Source: an uncultured delta proteobacterium
GTDB taxonomy: Bacteria > Desulfobacterota > Syntrophobacteria > Syntrophobacterales > Syntrophobacteraceae
Assembly: GCA_963808625.1 (NCBI GenBank)
Contig: CAWEHK010000037.1
Location: 32,001 to 96,000, forward strand
Length of the DNA: 64,000 bases
Reading direction: 5' to 3'
The notes beneath the pieces were generated by a model, which worked only from the letters and a program-made list of their open reading frames with translations, had not been told where the DNA came from and searched no databases. Position 1 is the first letter of the stretch. Each line of letters starts with the position of its first letter. Shown here piece by piece: positions 1 to 11,018 of this stretch. The position numbers and the translations under genes are program-made.

Positions 1-610
1 GATGGCCTTTATGTCTTCTGCCACCTGCTCCGGTCGAAGGACTTCGCCTTTTTTGCTCTTGATATTTAATTTGATGGCCTCCGGTTCGATCCGCTCATTC
101 CCGCGAACCTGAACCTCAGCAATCACCGCTTTTGCCAGGAGATGGACCGCCATGCGCTGGACGATAGTGTTGGTGGCAGCCGCCAGATTTTCCATCCCCT
201 TTTCTTCAGCAAAGATGATTTCGGTCTTCTTCTGCCCCGAAACGTCAACGAGCTTCGCATCGAGACTGATGCTATTGCCGATCTGGTTAAAGCTACCCAT
301 CAACGACATATTCCGCCTGCAGCCTGCGCCCGAGCAGCCTGGCCTGTTCCTCGGTTTGTACGGACTCTCCCGGCTTCACCACCTTTTCGACGTCCTGGGG
401 ACTAACGACCCTCGCTCCCTCGGTGGTAAGTTGGCGGATCAAAAGCTCTTCAATAGTGTTTTGAATTTTCGCCGGCTCCTGCTGCTCCGCGCACGGTGAA
501 TGGCATAATCGCAACCCTGGGATTCTGCTCCTGTGCCCACGCTGCCGACCCCAGGATGACAAGAAAAGAGGGACCCATAATCCATGGACGATCCTCTTGC
601 CGTTTAACAT
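1..610 (-). CDS. bamA: Outer membrane protein assembly factor BamA, N-terminal part (runs off window; frameshifted)
   Basis: Joining frames gives a signal peptide, AQEQNPRVAIMPFTV, an N-terminal extension and a POTRA-like segment IAEVQVRGNERIEPEAIKLNIKSKKGEVL; lies downstream of lolD. Confidence 0.75.
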
Positions 611-740
611 GGTCCTGGCCCTCCACCCTCTTAGAATTCAAAAGCCCCTATAAACCAGCTCTTTTCCGAGTAGAACCAACTCAAGCAATTCAGCTTACCT
701 TCTATAGCCCACCCCGCCTCTCATCACAACTGATTCCTCT

Positions 741-1442
741 TCAATTCGCTGCTTCCAGGCGGAGTTGGCCGTCCACCAACCGCAGGGTGCGATGCATCAT
801 GGCGGCAAGTTCCGGATTATGGGTCACGATCACCATCGTTAGACCAAGTTCCTCGTTCAGAGTCACCAGCAGTTCATGGAGTCTTCGCCCGGTCCGGCTG
901 TCCAGGTTTCCGCTCGGCTCGTCAGCCAGAAAAATCTTCGGCCGCAAGAGCAAAGCGCGCGCCACGGCCACCCGCTGTTGCTCACCACCAGAGAGTTCGC
1001 CCACGCGATGCTGAAGCCGGTCCATCAGGCTCAGTCTTTCCAGTAAAGAAAGGGCCTGGGCTTTGACTTCCCGCTGCGGGAGGCCACCGATAATGCCTGG
1101 CATCATCACATTCTCCAGGGCGTTAAACTCCGGCAGGAGGTAATGGAATTGGAACACAAAACCAATATGACGATTCCGAAACTGGGCAAGTTCCTTTTCC
1201 TCCCACAAAAAAATGTCCTGCCCGCCAAAGAGGACTTTCCCACTTGTGGGTTTCTCGATGGTCCCGAGAATATGGAGCAGCGTTGATTTGCCTACTCCCG
1301 AGGCGCCCACGATGGCTACGCTTTCGCCGCGACGAATGACCAGATCCAGGTCCCGGAAAAGCTCGATGGTGCGGCTGCCCTCCCCAAAAACCTTGGTGAG
1401 GGACAAGGCCTGAACCTCTACTGGCTGCTGGTCACTATTCAT
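741..1442 (-). CDS. lolD: Lipoprotein-releasing ABC transporter ATP-binding protein
   Basis: GASGVGKST Walker A, LSGGEQQR signature, DEPSGNLD; overlaps lolC/E stop. Confidence 0.9.
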   Translation of the reverse strand: MNSDQQPVEVQALSLTKVFGEGSRTIELFRDLDLVIRRGESVAIVGASGVGKSTLLHILGTIEKPTSGKVLFGGQDIFLWEEKELAQFRNRHIGFVFQFHYLLPEFNALENVMMPGIIGGLPQREVKAQALSLLERLSLMDRLQHRVGELSGGEQQRVAVARALLLRPKIFLADEPSGNLDSRTGRRLHELLVTLNEELGLTMVIVTHNPELAAMMHRTLRLVDGQLRLEAAN

Positions 1443-2679
1443 AGCGCAGGGCTTCCGCCGGATCCAGCTTTGCAGCTTGACGAGAAGGATAGAGCGTCGC
1501 CACGAGACTGATGAGGATGGCTGCCAGGGCAATCATGCCGACGTCAAGGGCTTCCATCTTCACGGGAAGCGTCGAGATATAGTAGACGTCTCGAGGCAGC
1601 TCGATGAATTGATACTTCTTCAGCAGACTGCAAAGGACAAACCCCCCCAAAAGACCCAGGAGCGTCCCTGATATCCCGATCAGAAAACCTTCCATGACGA
1701 ATATCTTGCGGATGCTTGCCGTGGTTGCCCCCATGGCCTTGAGGATGGCGATATCGCGCGTTTTTTCCATGACCAGCATGATCAGGGAACTGACGATGTT
1801 AAAGGCCGCGACCAGGATGATCAAGGTCAGGATAATGAACATGACAACCTTTTCCAGTTTGAGGGCGGAGAAGAGATTGCGGTTCATCTGCATCCAGTCG
1901 CGCACCCAATAAGGAAGGCCGAGGCGAGACCGCAGGGACTCGGCAATCTGGCGAGCCTCGTAAATATCATGAAGCCTGACCTCAACGCCGGACACCGTAT
2001 CCCCAATGCCCAGAAACTGTTGTGCCGCCGTGAGGCTGATATAGGCGAGAGTATTATCATATTCATACATTCCCGATTGAATGATGCCGACCACCTGGAA
2101 CAGCTTGCTCTTGGGGACCTGTCCCATGGGCGTAAGACGCCCGGAGGGCGATATGATCGTGACCCATTCCCCCTGACGAATCCCGAGATTGTTGCAGAGC
2201 TCCACGCCGAGGATAAGGCCCGGCTGCCCGGAAGGACCCGAGGCCGAAGGTGTTTCAGAGCGCAAATCTCCCAGGTTTCCCCGGAGCATATTCTCTTGAA
2301 TGTTGATGACCTTTGCCGCGGTCTGTAGGTCGATTCCGCGCAGGATCGCACCCGACACGTTCTTCCCGGAACTGATCATGACCTGGGCGTAGGCAAAGGG
2401 AGTCGCGGCCACCACCCCGGGTTCTTTCTCGACTTCTTTCATCAGCGTCTGGTAGTTCGAGAACGCGCCGTTGAAGCTGCCCACTACCACATGGGAGGTG
2501 ATGCCGAGGATGCGGCTGCGCAGGTCGTCCTGGAAGCCATTCATCACGGCCAGGACGACAATCAGCGCCGTTACGCCAACGGCGACGCCGGCGATGGAGA
2601 TGAAGGTTATCAGGGAAATGAAGGTTTGACGCCGCTTTGCTAACAGGTAGCGAAGGCTGACGAAGAGTTCAAAATTCAT
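1435..2679 (-). CDS. lolE: Lipoprotein-releasing ABC transporter permease (LolC/E family)
   Basis: LRYLLAKRR...AVMNGF N-terminus, EKTRDIAILKAMGA, C-terminal DPAEALRYE. Confidence 0.9.
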   Translation of the reverse strand: MNFELFVSLRYLLAKRRQTFISLITFISIAGVAVGVTALIVVLAVMNGFQDDLRSRILGITSHVVVGSFNGAFSNYQTLMKEVEKEPGVVAATPFAYAQVMISSGKNVSGAILRGIDLQTAAKVINIQENMLRGNLGDLRSETPSASGPSGQPGLILGVELCNNLGIRQGEWVTIISPSGRLTPMGQVPKSKLFQVVGIIQSGMYEYDNTLAYISLTAAQQFLGIGDTVSGVEVRLHDIYEARQIAESLRSRLGLPYWVRDWMQMNRNLFSALKLEKVVMFIILTLIILVAAFNIVSSLIMLVMEKTRDIAILKAMGATTASIRKIFVMEGFLIGISGTLLGLLGGFVLCSLLKKYQFIELPRDVYYISTLPVKMEALDVGMIALAAILISLVATLYPSRQAAKLDPAEALRYE

Positions 2680-2686
2680 ATTGTGC

Positions 2687-4182
<1,496 letters not shown>

Positions 4183-4270
4183 ACCAGACGCTCTTCTCCG
4201 TGTGAATTCCAGCTTCAGATAACCGACTCGCCATTAAGCGCATGAAAGTTAGATGATTTGCTCCGAGACG

Positions 4271-4483
4271 TCAAGGGCAATTACCCCGGCCTTGAGAATT
4301 ACCCTCGCTCACTTCTCTTTCTGCCTGCTTCTCATCATGTTGGAAACGGTGAAGGCGACGATCAGAAGACCCAGGATCAGCAAGATCCCTTTGCCTTCCT
4401 CTGAAGAGCTCAATGAGCCCAAACACCACGATAACACTTCCCCCGAGCAAGCTCAGCCACTGTGTCCACCGCGTCATAACCAT
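4271..4483 (-). CDS. Small hypothetical membrane protein (probably frameshifted)
   Basis: Hydrophobic WLSLLGGSVIVVFGLI; an alternate frame continues GILLILGLLIVAFTV; GAGGAG upstream. Confidence 0.4.
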   Translation of the reverse strand: MVMTRWTQWLSLLGGSVIVVFGLIELFRGRQRDLADPGSSDRRLHRFQHDEKQAEREVSEGNSQGRGNCP

Positions 4484-4753
4484 GCTCCTCCTCTACCCAA
4501 GAATTACCCACGAAAACCCCTATCGAACCGTTGGTTTTTTACGACTTGTCCTCGCAAAACACAAAAGAAAAATGATCCCGAGGGGAATGCTGAGAGCCGG
4601 ACGATGAGGAGAAGGCTGTTGACAACACCTGGCGAAAACGGACGCAAAGAAGTTGCTTTTAAAGCCCTGGCGAACGACTTCCCAGTGACTATACTAAAAC
4701 CGTAGGAAATAGGGTCCCCAAAGAAATGAAACAGGGACTGAAAGGAGTGCAAG

Positions 4754-4906
4754 ATGGATACCCGAAGCAAAGAAAAATCTGAATTCAAGGGAGCTGTTGA
4801 GTTGCGGTGCGATCATCAGCGATGTTGGAACTGTCAGGGCGATGTTTGTGAAGAGCGGGCCGATGATGGATTTTTGGAGTTGGCCAGTTACTTCATGTGG
4901 TCATAA
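4754..4906 (+). CDS. Small 50-aa Cys-rich hypothetical protein
   Basis: AAGGAG at 4742, ATG at 4754; MDTRSKEKSEFKGAVELRCDHQRCWNCQGDVCEERADDGFLELASYFMWS; below the ORF-track cutoff. Confidence 0.5.
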   Translation: MDTRSKEKSEFKGAVELRCDHQRCWNCQGDVCEERADDGFLELASYFMWS

Positions 4907-5055
4907 TAAGGGAGTTTTGAGATCTACCCTGTGAGCCACTCCCTCACAATGCCCCCGGCAACAGCATATGCAAAAGACCTTGGCGCCAGCCAGGGTCTTT
5001 TGGTTTTAGACAGCCGAGCCTGTTTGGAAATTCGAGACGCCGATTTCAGATCCTG

Positions 5056-5107
5056 CATTCTTGACAGCCACGTCCCGAATTTTTGACACCCACGTCCCGC
5101 ATTTTTG
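5056..5107 (+). repeat. 22-bp tandem repeats (iteron-like), copy A
   Basis: cattcttgacagccacgtcccg / aatttttgacacccacgtcccg / catttttg. Confidence 0.7.
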
Positions 5108-5572
5108 CCTCCTGCCCGACCTGATTTTCCTGGCGATAGCGGAGCTTGGCGAATCGGCTTTCCTTGGGGCGTTTTCATTGGCAGGTGAGTCTTTGTCACA
5201 TATAGTCCCATCCCTAGAAATGTGATAATGAAAGGTTTCGGGCAGATTTTGAAGGAGCTAGGAAACCGTGATTAATCTCAAGTGCGATCAAGATGTCATT
5301 ACGCTCGGCATTGTAAATCTCGGTGGGTGGAACATGTTGGCTTTCTGGGAACATCTGGATTCCTGCGACAAGTGCCGGCAGGCAAAGCGGCGCTGATTGA
5401 GGAGCTGAATAAAGTACTCAGCGGCGAACAGGAAGTTGAGGAGGTTTCACCCAGCCAGGAGTAAGCGCGAATCCGCCAGCTCCGCCGTGGTGTACTGACC
5501 GGCAAGGAGGCAACCTCTTTCTAAATGAAAGAGTGGTAGGCCATTATTTGAATAAGGTTCAAAAGAATAAAG

Positions 5573-6217
5573 CTACAAAGCCTTAGCCAGTCGTGGAGTT
5601 ACAAGGCGACGGTGAAAGCCAGCCGCCCAGATGTCGAGGTCCTTAAGCTGGCGCCTGATTAAAAAGAGCTTGCCGTCGGAGTCGACCACATCGGCAACGA
5701 TAAAATTCCCCTCTGACTCGAACAGGAAGAATGTAGCGTACCCGTCAGCCCGAAGCCAGCTACGATGCTTTTTTACAAAGTTTCTTATCTGGGCCTGGGT
5801 GAAGCAAAGTTTCCTCCTATCAGTATTCAGTTCGTCGAAGATTTGGGGGAAAGTCGCATCCTTTGCCATCTCGTGGACGGCCACAGGAGTTTCAGCCGTT
5901 GGATTGCCGATTTCATCGGCGTCTTTTTTGAACTCCGGGTCGATGTCACCGGTAAAGACGTCTTTCGCATCCGCCAAGTTTTCGGTTCCGTCAACAGCAT
6001 CGATGGTAAGCGAATAATCGCCGGAGATGAGCCGCAGGATAGGTTTTGTGACAACACCCGTCCAGCAATTCTCCTGGCGGAGAAACTTTTCGAGTTCAGC
6101 AAACCATTCCTGGCCGGCTTTGCTTAAAAGCTTTTCAACCAGATTGCAGATTACTCCGAGCATTTCCAGAGGGAGATCCACGATCTTACGAATTAATACA
6201 CCAAGCATGTCTTTCAT
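5573..6217 (-). CDS. Hypothetical protein, 214 aa, inside tRNA-adjacent island
   Basis: Clean ORF with AAGGAA upstream, in a more AT-rich context. Confidence 0.75.
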   Translation of the reverse strand: MKDMLGVLIRKIVDLPLEMLGVICNLVEKLLSKAGQEWFAELEKFLRQENCWTGVVTKPILRLISGDYSLTIDAVDGTENLADAKDVFTGDIDPEFKKDADEIGNPTAETPVAVHEMAKDATFPQIFDELNTDRRKLCFTQAQIRNFVKKHRSWLRADGYATFFLFESEGNFIVADVVDSDGKLFLIRRQLKDLDIWAAGFHRRLVTPRLAKAL

Positions 6218-6288
6218 AGTCAGTTCCTTTTCTCTTATTTGACTTATCTATTCCGCCAACCCACCGGTCAACCCCCGTATTTATAATG

Positions 6289-6350
6289 CACGTGCCGAAT
6301 TTTTGATCATCAAGTAGCGCATTTTTGACAGCCAGGTCCCGAAAATTTCA
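6289..6350 (+). repeat. 22-bp tandem repeats (iteron-like), copy B
   Basis: cacgtgccg / aatttttgatcatcaagtagcg / catttttgacagccaggtcccg; same motif and orientation as 5056-5107. Confidence 0.65.
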
Positions 6351-6402
6351 CAGTCTCCCCAACGTCTGCGAAAATGAAGCATAACCGTTTTACATTATCT
6401 TC

Positions 6403-6690
6403 ATGGAATCATCGAATCGCCCAAGCCTGCCAGCAGGGAAGGACTCCCTTCCCATGGCCGAAACCAAACCGGTCTTGGCCTGCCCGTATTGCCACAGCCG
6501 AGACATCATAAGAAAAGGCAAGCGAAAGAAAAAGCATGAAACTATCCAGCTCTATTTCTGCCGGCGGAAATTCACTCCGCTTATCAGCAAGCACTGCAAA
6601 TGCCAAGTTATTGCTGCAGGCGGTGGGCAACAACAAACTGCGCCATCAGAAACTGCAGGAATTCATGCTGGCCCATGATTCCGTTAAGAT
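6403..6690 (+). pseudogene. Transposase-like remnant with N-terminal zinc ribbon (IS1/IS6-like)
   Basis: CPYCHSRDIIRKGKRKKKHETIQLYFC resembles InsA-type zinc ribbons; truncated. Confidence 0.55.
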
Positions 6691-6699
6691 TACATCACG

Positions 6700-6837
6700 C
6701 TTTACACAAGGAAGGCGCCGCTTAAGGCGATTCAGGAATTGCTGGGACACGAGCGCCCCACCACCACGGATGTTTACTTGCGAAGTTTACGGGGAAGTGT
6801 TAAACAAGCGGTCAAGCTCTTGGAGGATTTAAAGTGA
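6700..6837 (+). pseudogene. Tyrosine integrase C-terminal remnant
   Basis: 6730-6837 reads IQELLGHERPTTTDVYLRSLRGSVKQAVKLLEDLK*, the LLGH...Y catalytic box; ends ~55 bp before tRNA-Arg. Confidence 0.75.
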
Positions 6838-6890
6838 TTCACTCACCAAATTCACTCACAAGGGTTTTCAAAAGCTCGCAAACTCAATGC

Positions 6891-6967
<77 letters not shown>

Positions 6968-7217
6968 GTTTACATGGTTGGGGTGTGTGAATTGGGGGTG
7001 AATCACTTCAATCTCTCCAACTTTTTGACCGCATCTCTGGCGTTTCCTCACCTTCTCGGCGATTACGCTCAAGAATTCAGACGGACTGGCTATCCGCGTC
7101 TTTTTGAACCTCTGGAACGGACAATGTTTCTTATTGCCGGTGCTAAGGAAATCCGCCTTTGCTTCTTGCGCGCATTCCAGGAACTATTGTCTGCCATCTC
7201 CATTATTATGATGTCTA

Positions 7218-7353
7218 AGAGCGTGTCTGAAAATTCAATTTCGTGCAGCCGTCGGTCCCAAAATCCCCTCCGCCCTCCCTCGTATACAAAAGGGGGAAGT
7301 CGAAAGTCCCCCTTTCATAAAGGGGGATTTAGGGGGATTTTCAGACAGCCTCT
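7218..7353. repeat. MITE-like palindromic element containing ccccctttNNtaaaggggg repeat
   Basis: Terminal inverted repeats gtctgaaaa / ttttcagac; internal tccccctttcataaagggggatttagggggatt. Confidence 0.6.
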
Positions 7354-7478
7354 CAGAAAAGCTTCGAGATTTGTGGTAAGATTCTTACGAAACACGATTT
7401 CCTCTGCAGCGTCGGAAATGCAGACCTGCAGCTTCTTCGTGTGGAGATCGATTCCAGCGTAAAAATGGAAGGAATTGC

Positions 7479-9086
7479 ATGAACTATGATCCATTATATT
7501 ATCCCTATCCCTCACGCCGCAGCATGGTCTTTGCCACCCGGGGAATGGTTGCCACCTCCCAGCCGCTGGCTGCTCAAGCGGGCCTGGAAGTATTGAAGAA
7601 AGGAGGCAATGCGATCGATGCCGCGGTTGCTACTGCTTCCTGCCTGGCGGTTGTGGAACCGACTTCAAACGGCATCGGGGGGGATGCCTTCGCCCTGGTC
7701 TGGACCGGCGGCAAACTCTACGGCCTCAACTCCAGTGGTCCGGCGCCCCAAAAACTGTCGCTCCAGGCACTCTCAGCAATAGGCCTCACGAGAATCCCAC
7801 AATATGGTGTGATTCCGGTCACCGTGCCGGGAGCGCCGGCAGCCTGGGCTGAGCTTGCCCGGCGGTTTGGAAAGCTTCCCCTGACCGCGTCCCTGCGACC
7901 CGCTATTGAATACGCCGAGCACGGTTTCCCGGTTTCTCCGGTGGTTGGCGATCTCTGGCAAGCAGCCTTCAAGACCTACCGTGCACAGAGCGGGGAAGCT
8001 TTTCAACACTGGTTTGAAACCTTTGCACCGAACGGCCGCACTCCAGCGGCCGGCGAAGTGTGGCGATTGCCCAGTCAGGCAGCGACCCTGGCGGCGATAG
8101 CCGAATCCAATGCGGAGGTCTTTTACCGCGGGGATCTGGCAGAGAAGATCAGCGCTTTCTTTCATCGGTACTCCGGCTATCTCACCGCCGCCGACCTTGC
8201 CGCTTTCAAACCCGAATGGGTTGAGCCGGTGAAGGTCAACTACCGGGGATATGACGTCTGGGAGCTCCCGCCGAATGGGCAGGGCGTTGTTGCCCTGATG
8301 GCGCTCAACATCCTGAACGGCTTTGAATTCCACGCCAGGGATGACGCTGAAACCTCTCACCGACAGATCGAAGCGATCAAACTGGCCTTTGCCGACGGCC
8401 TCCGGTGCGTTGCCGACATCCGCAAGATGAAGGTCAAGGTCGCCGATCTGCTCTCGGACGCTTACGCCGCCGAAAGGCGCAGCCTGATCGGTGACCAGGC
8501 GCTGAGCCCCTCACCCGGCAAGCCCCATCGCGGCGGCACCGTCTATCTCGCCACGGCCGACGGGGAAGGCAATATGGTCTCCTATATCCAGAGCAACTAC
8601 GAGGGCTTTGGTTCCGGCATGGTCGTTCCGGGCACCGGTATCGCGCTCCACAACCGGGGATTTTGCTTTTCCTCGGACCCTCAGCATGACAACTGTCTCG
8701 AACCCGGCAAGAAGCCCTATCATACCATCATCCCGGGATTCCTCACGAAGGATGGGGAAGCGCTCGGGCCTTTCGGGGTGATGGGTGGTTTCATCCAGCC
8801 GCAGGGCCATGTCATGGTGGTTATGAATACCGTCGATTTTCAGCTTAACCCGCAGGCGGCGCTCGATGCCCCGCGATTCCGATGGCGGGAAGGCAAAACG
8901 GTCGAGGTTGAAGCGCAATTTCCTGAACCTCTGGCGGAGGCCTTGCTGCGCATGGGCCATAACGTGAAACGCGGAGCGGTTGGTGATCGCGATTTCGGCC
9001 GTGGCCAAATCATCTGGCGCCGCAAGGACGGAGTGCTGGCCGGGGGCAGCGACCCGCGGGCCGATGGTCAAATCGCCGCCTGGTAG
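7479..9086 (+). CDS. ggt: Gamma-glutamyltransferase family protein
   Basis: MVATSQPLAAQAG, GGNAIDAA, cleavage-site GTVYLATAD, KKPYHTIIPG, GSDPRADG. Confidence 0.93.
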   Translation: MNYDPLYYPYPSRRSMVFATRGMVATSQPLAAQAGLEVLKKGGNAIDAAVATASCLAVVEPTSNGIGGDAFALVWTGGKLYGLNSSGPAPQKLSLQALSAIGLTRIPQYGVIPVTVPGAPAAWAELARRFGKLPLTASLRPAIEYAEHGFPVSPVVGDLWQAAFKTYRAQSGEAFQHWFETFAPNGRTPAAGEVWRLPSQAATLAAIAESNAEVFYRGDLAEKISAFFHRYSGYLTAADLAAFKPEWVEPVKVNYRGYDVWELPPNGQGVVALMALNILNGFEFHARDDAETSHRQIEAIKLAFADGLRCVADIRKMKVKVADLLSDAYAAERRSLIGDQALSPSPGKPHRGGTVYLATADGEGNMVSYIQSNYEGFGSGMVVPGTGIALHNRGFCFSSDPQHDNCLEPGKKPYHTIIPGFLTKDGEALGPFGVMGGFIQPQGHVMVVMNTVDFQLNPQAALDAPRFRWREGKTVEVEAQFPEPLAEALLRMGHNVKRGAVGDRDFGRGQIIWRRKDGVLAGGSDPRADGQIAAW

Positions 9087-9148
9087 CGGGTCGGTAGAGA
9101 AAACCCCAAGTACACATACGCACAATAAAGTGACCATAATCCTGATGC

Positions 9149-9211
9149 GTCATTCCGGTGAAAACCGGAATCCAGAAAAGAGTCCTGGATACCGGCTTAC
9201 GCCGATATAAC
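9149..9211. repeat. Palindromic GTCATTCC...GGAATCCAG element, copy 1
   Basis: gtcattccggtgaaaaccggaatccag...ctggataccgg; related copies at 45484 and 51543. Confidence 0.75.
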
Positions 9212-9280
9212 GAACGGAATTCGGACACTCATTTGCCTTGGGCGGTACTGCTAGCGGTCCCAAAATCCTGCAGCGTTGGA

Positions 9281-9796
9281 CTAAAATCCCTGGCGGGTGC
9301 TTTCGAACAGGACCTCCAGCCAGGTCGGTTGCGCGGCAGTGAGGATGATCACGCCCCCGAACCCCACCTCCTCGGCAAACGCTACGATGTGTTCGTGGAT
9401 TCTCATCTTGGGATTGCCGATCTCCCCGACGCGATAGGCCACCCGGCTAAAGGATTTGCCAAGTCCGCGCGCGGTGAAGGGTCCCCCCGTGTGATAAAGA
9501 TCTTCAACATCCGCCGGCGCCACCGCAGGAGGAGGCAGCCCCCGAGGATCGGCGAACGAGACTTCATCAAGGACCAGGAGGCCGTGTCTTGCCTGAAAGA
9601 CCTCGGTCACGTCCAGGCCGAAAAGCGAATTCCGCCACGTCATCACGGCCTGTTCGCCGTCACGGAGCACGGCGGAGAAGACCTTTCTTCCGGTTTCGCC
9701 GTCCCTGAGCTCAACTCGCGTGTACCTGCCCGCAGGAGTCTGCGACAGAAGCAGTAACCCAAGCACAGCAAGCAAGATAAGGCCAAATTTTCTCAC
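9281..9796 (-). CDS. TRAP-associated membrane-anchored protein (DUF1850-like)
   Basis: Single N-terminal TM, WRNSLF motif, follows TAXI receptor gene; GTG start inferred. Confidence 0.6.
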   Translation of the reverse strand: MRKFGLILLAVLGLLLLSQTPAGRYTRVELRDGETGRKVFSAVLRDGEQAVMTWRNSLFGLDVTEVFQARHGLLVLDEVSFADPRGLPPPAVAPADVEDLYHTGGPFTARGLGKSFSRVAYRVGEIGNPKMRIHEHIVAFAEEVGFGGVIILTAAQPTWLEVLFESTRQGF

Positions 9797-9848
9797 CCAA
9801 ACCCGAAGCCAAGACCCACGAGCAGGGAAGGACGGCGATTCTTTAAGG

Positions 9849-9883
9849 AGCCAAGAAAGCCAAGGGCCAAGAGCCAAGAGCTA
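9849..9883. repeat. Heptamer tandem tract (agccaag)n
   Basis: agccaagaaagccaagggccaagagccaagagct directly after the TAXI stop codon. Confidence 0.6.
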
Positions 9884-10877
9884 CTTCAGGACACCCTTTT
9901 CCTTGAAGAATTTCTGGGACCCGGGATGCAGGAAGTTCAACGCGTCAGGGGTCACCTGGTTGACGGCCGTCTCCGGGGTCATCTTGGTGGCGTCTTTCCA
10001 TACCGCAGAGAGCTCCTGGGTGCCGAGCCGAAGATGGTCTTCACGATCTCATACATCCGGTCCGCGGGGAAGTCGTCCATGGCGGTCAACACCGCCGTGA
10101 TGGCGATGGCCGGCACATCGCTTTCCACCCCGGAGTAGATGCCCTTCTCGAAAAGCGGTCGCGTGGAAGACACCGGGGTTGGCTTTCATGATTTGCTCGC
10201 GAACCTCACCGTCTACGGGCAGCAGGACGATCTTCAGGCCCGGGGTGGACGCGAGATCGATGATGGACGAGGTGGGCACGGCCCCGCTCCAGAAGAAGGC
10301 CTGGATCTTGCCGTCCTTCAGGGCGGCCACGGACTCGGTCGCCCCCAGTTTCTCGCGGCTGAAATCCTTGTTCCAGTCGAACCCGAGCGCCTTGAGCACG
10401 TAGTCGGCCTGTTCTTCCGTACCGCTGTTCGGGGCGCCGGTGGACACGCGCTTGCCCTTGAGGTCCATCAGGGTCGTGATCCCGGTCCCTTCCTTGGTCA
10501 CAATATGCAGCGGCTGCTCGTAGAAACCCAGGACCAGGCGGACCTTGTGCTGGCCCGGACAGGCCGGGGACCTTGCCCTCGTTCGCCCAGACCACGTGAT
10601 AGTCATAGCAGAAGGCCATACCCGCACGGCCTGCGGTGAGCAGTTTGAGATTGTCGATGGCCGCGGTGGTGGCCTCGGAAGTCGCTTCGGTGTTGGGGAC
10701 GTTGGTGCCAATCAGTCCCCCGATGGCGCCGCCCAGCGGATACCACACCCCTCCGGTGCCGCCGGTGGCGATGCTGAAGGAGAACTTGCCCGCGGCATGT
10801 ACTCCGGGCGCCGCCCAAACCAACAGGGCAAGAACAGTGGTGATGCAGGCAATGGTCCTGAAGCTTCGACTTTTCAT
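9881..10877 (-). CDS. TAXI family TRAP transporter solute-binding subunit (frameshifted)
   Basis: SIATGGTGGVWYPLGG, DLKGKRVSTGAPNSGTE, ALKDGKIQAFFW, C-terminal HPG. Confidence 0.9.
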
Positions 10878-11018
10878 GGCAATCCTCCTTAAGTTATCGA
10901 TTAATTTTGACTTCTGATTTTGGCCCCCGAAAAACAAGGGCAGCCACTCCGCAGAGACACGACATCTCAGCCGAGAAACCTCTGTAGCTCATTCGCCGAA
11001 CGATCTCGAAGCCGGCCG

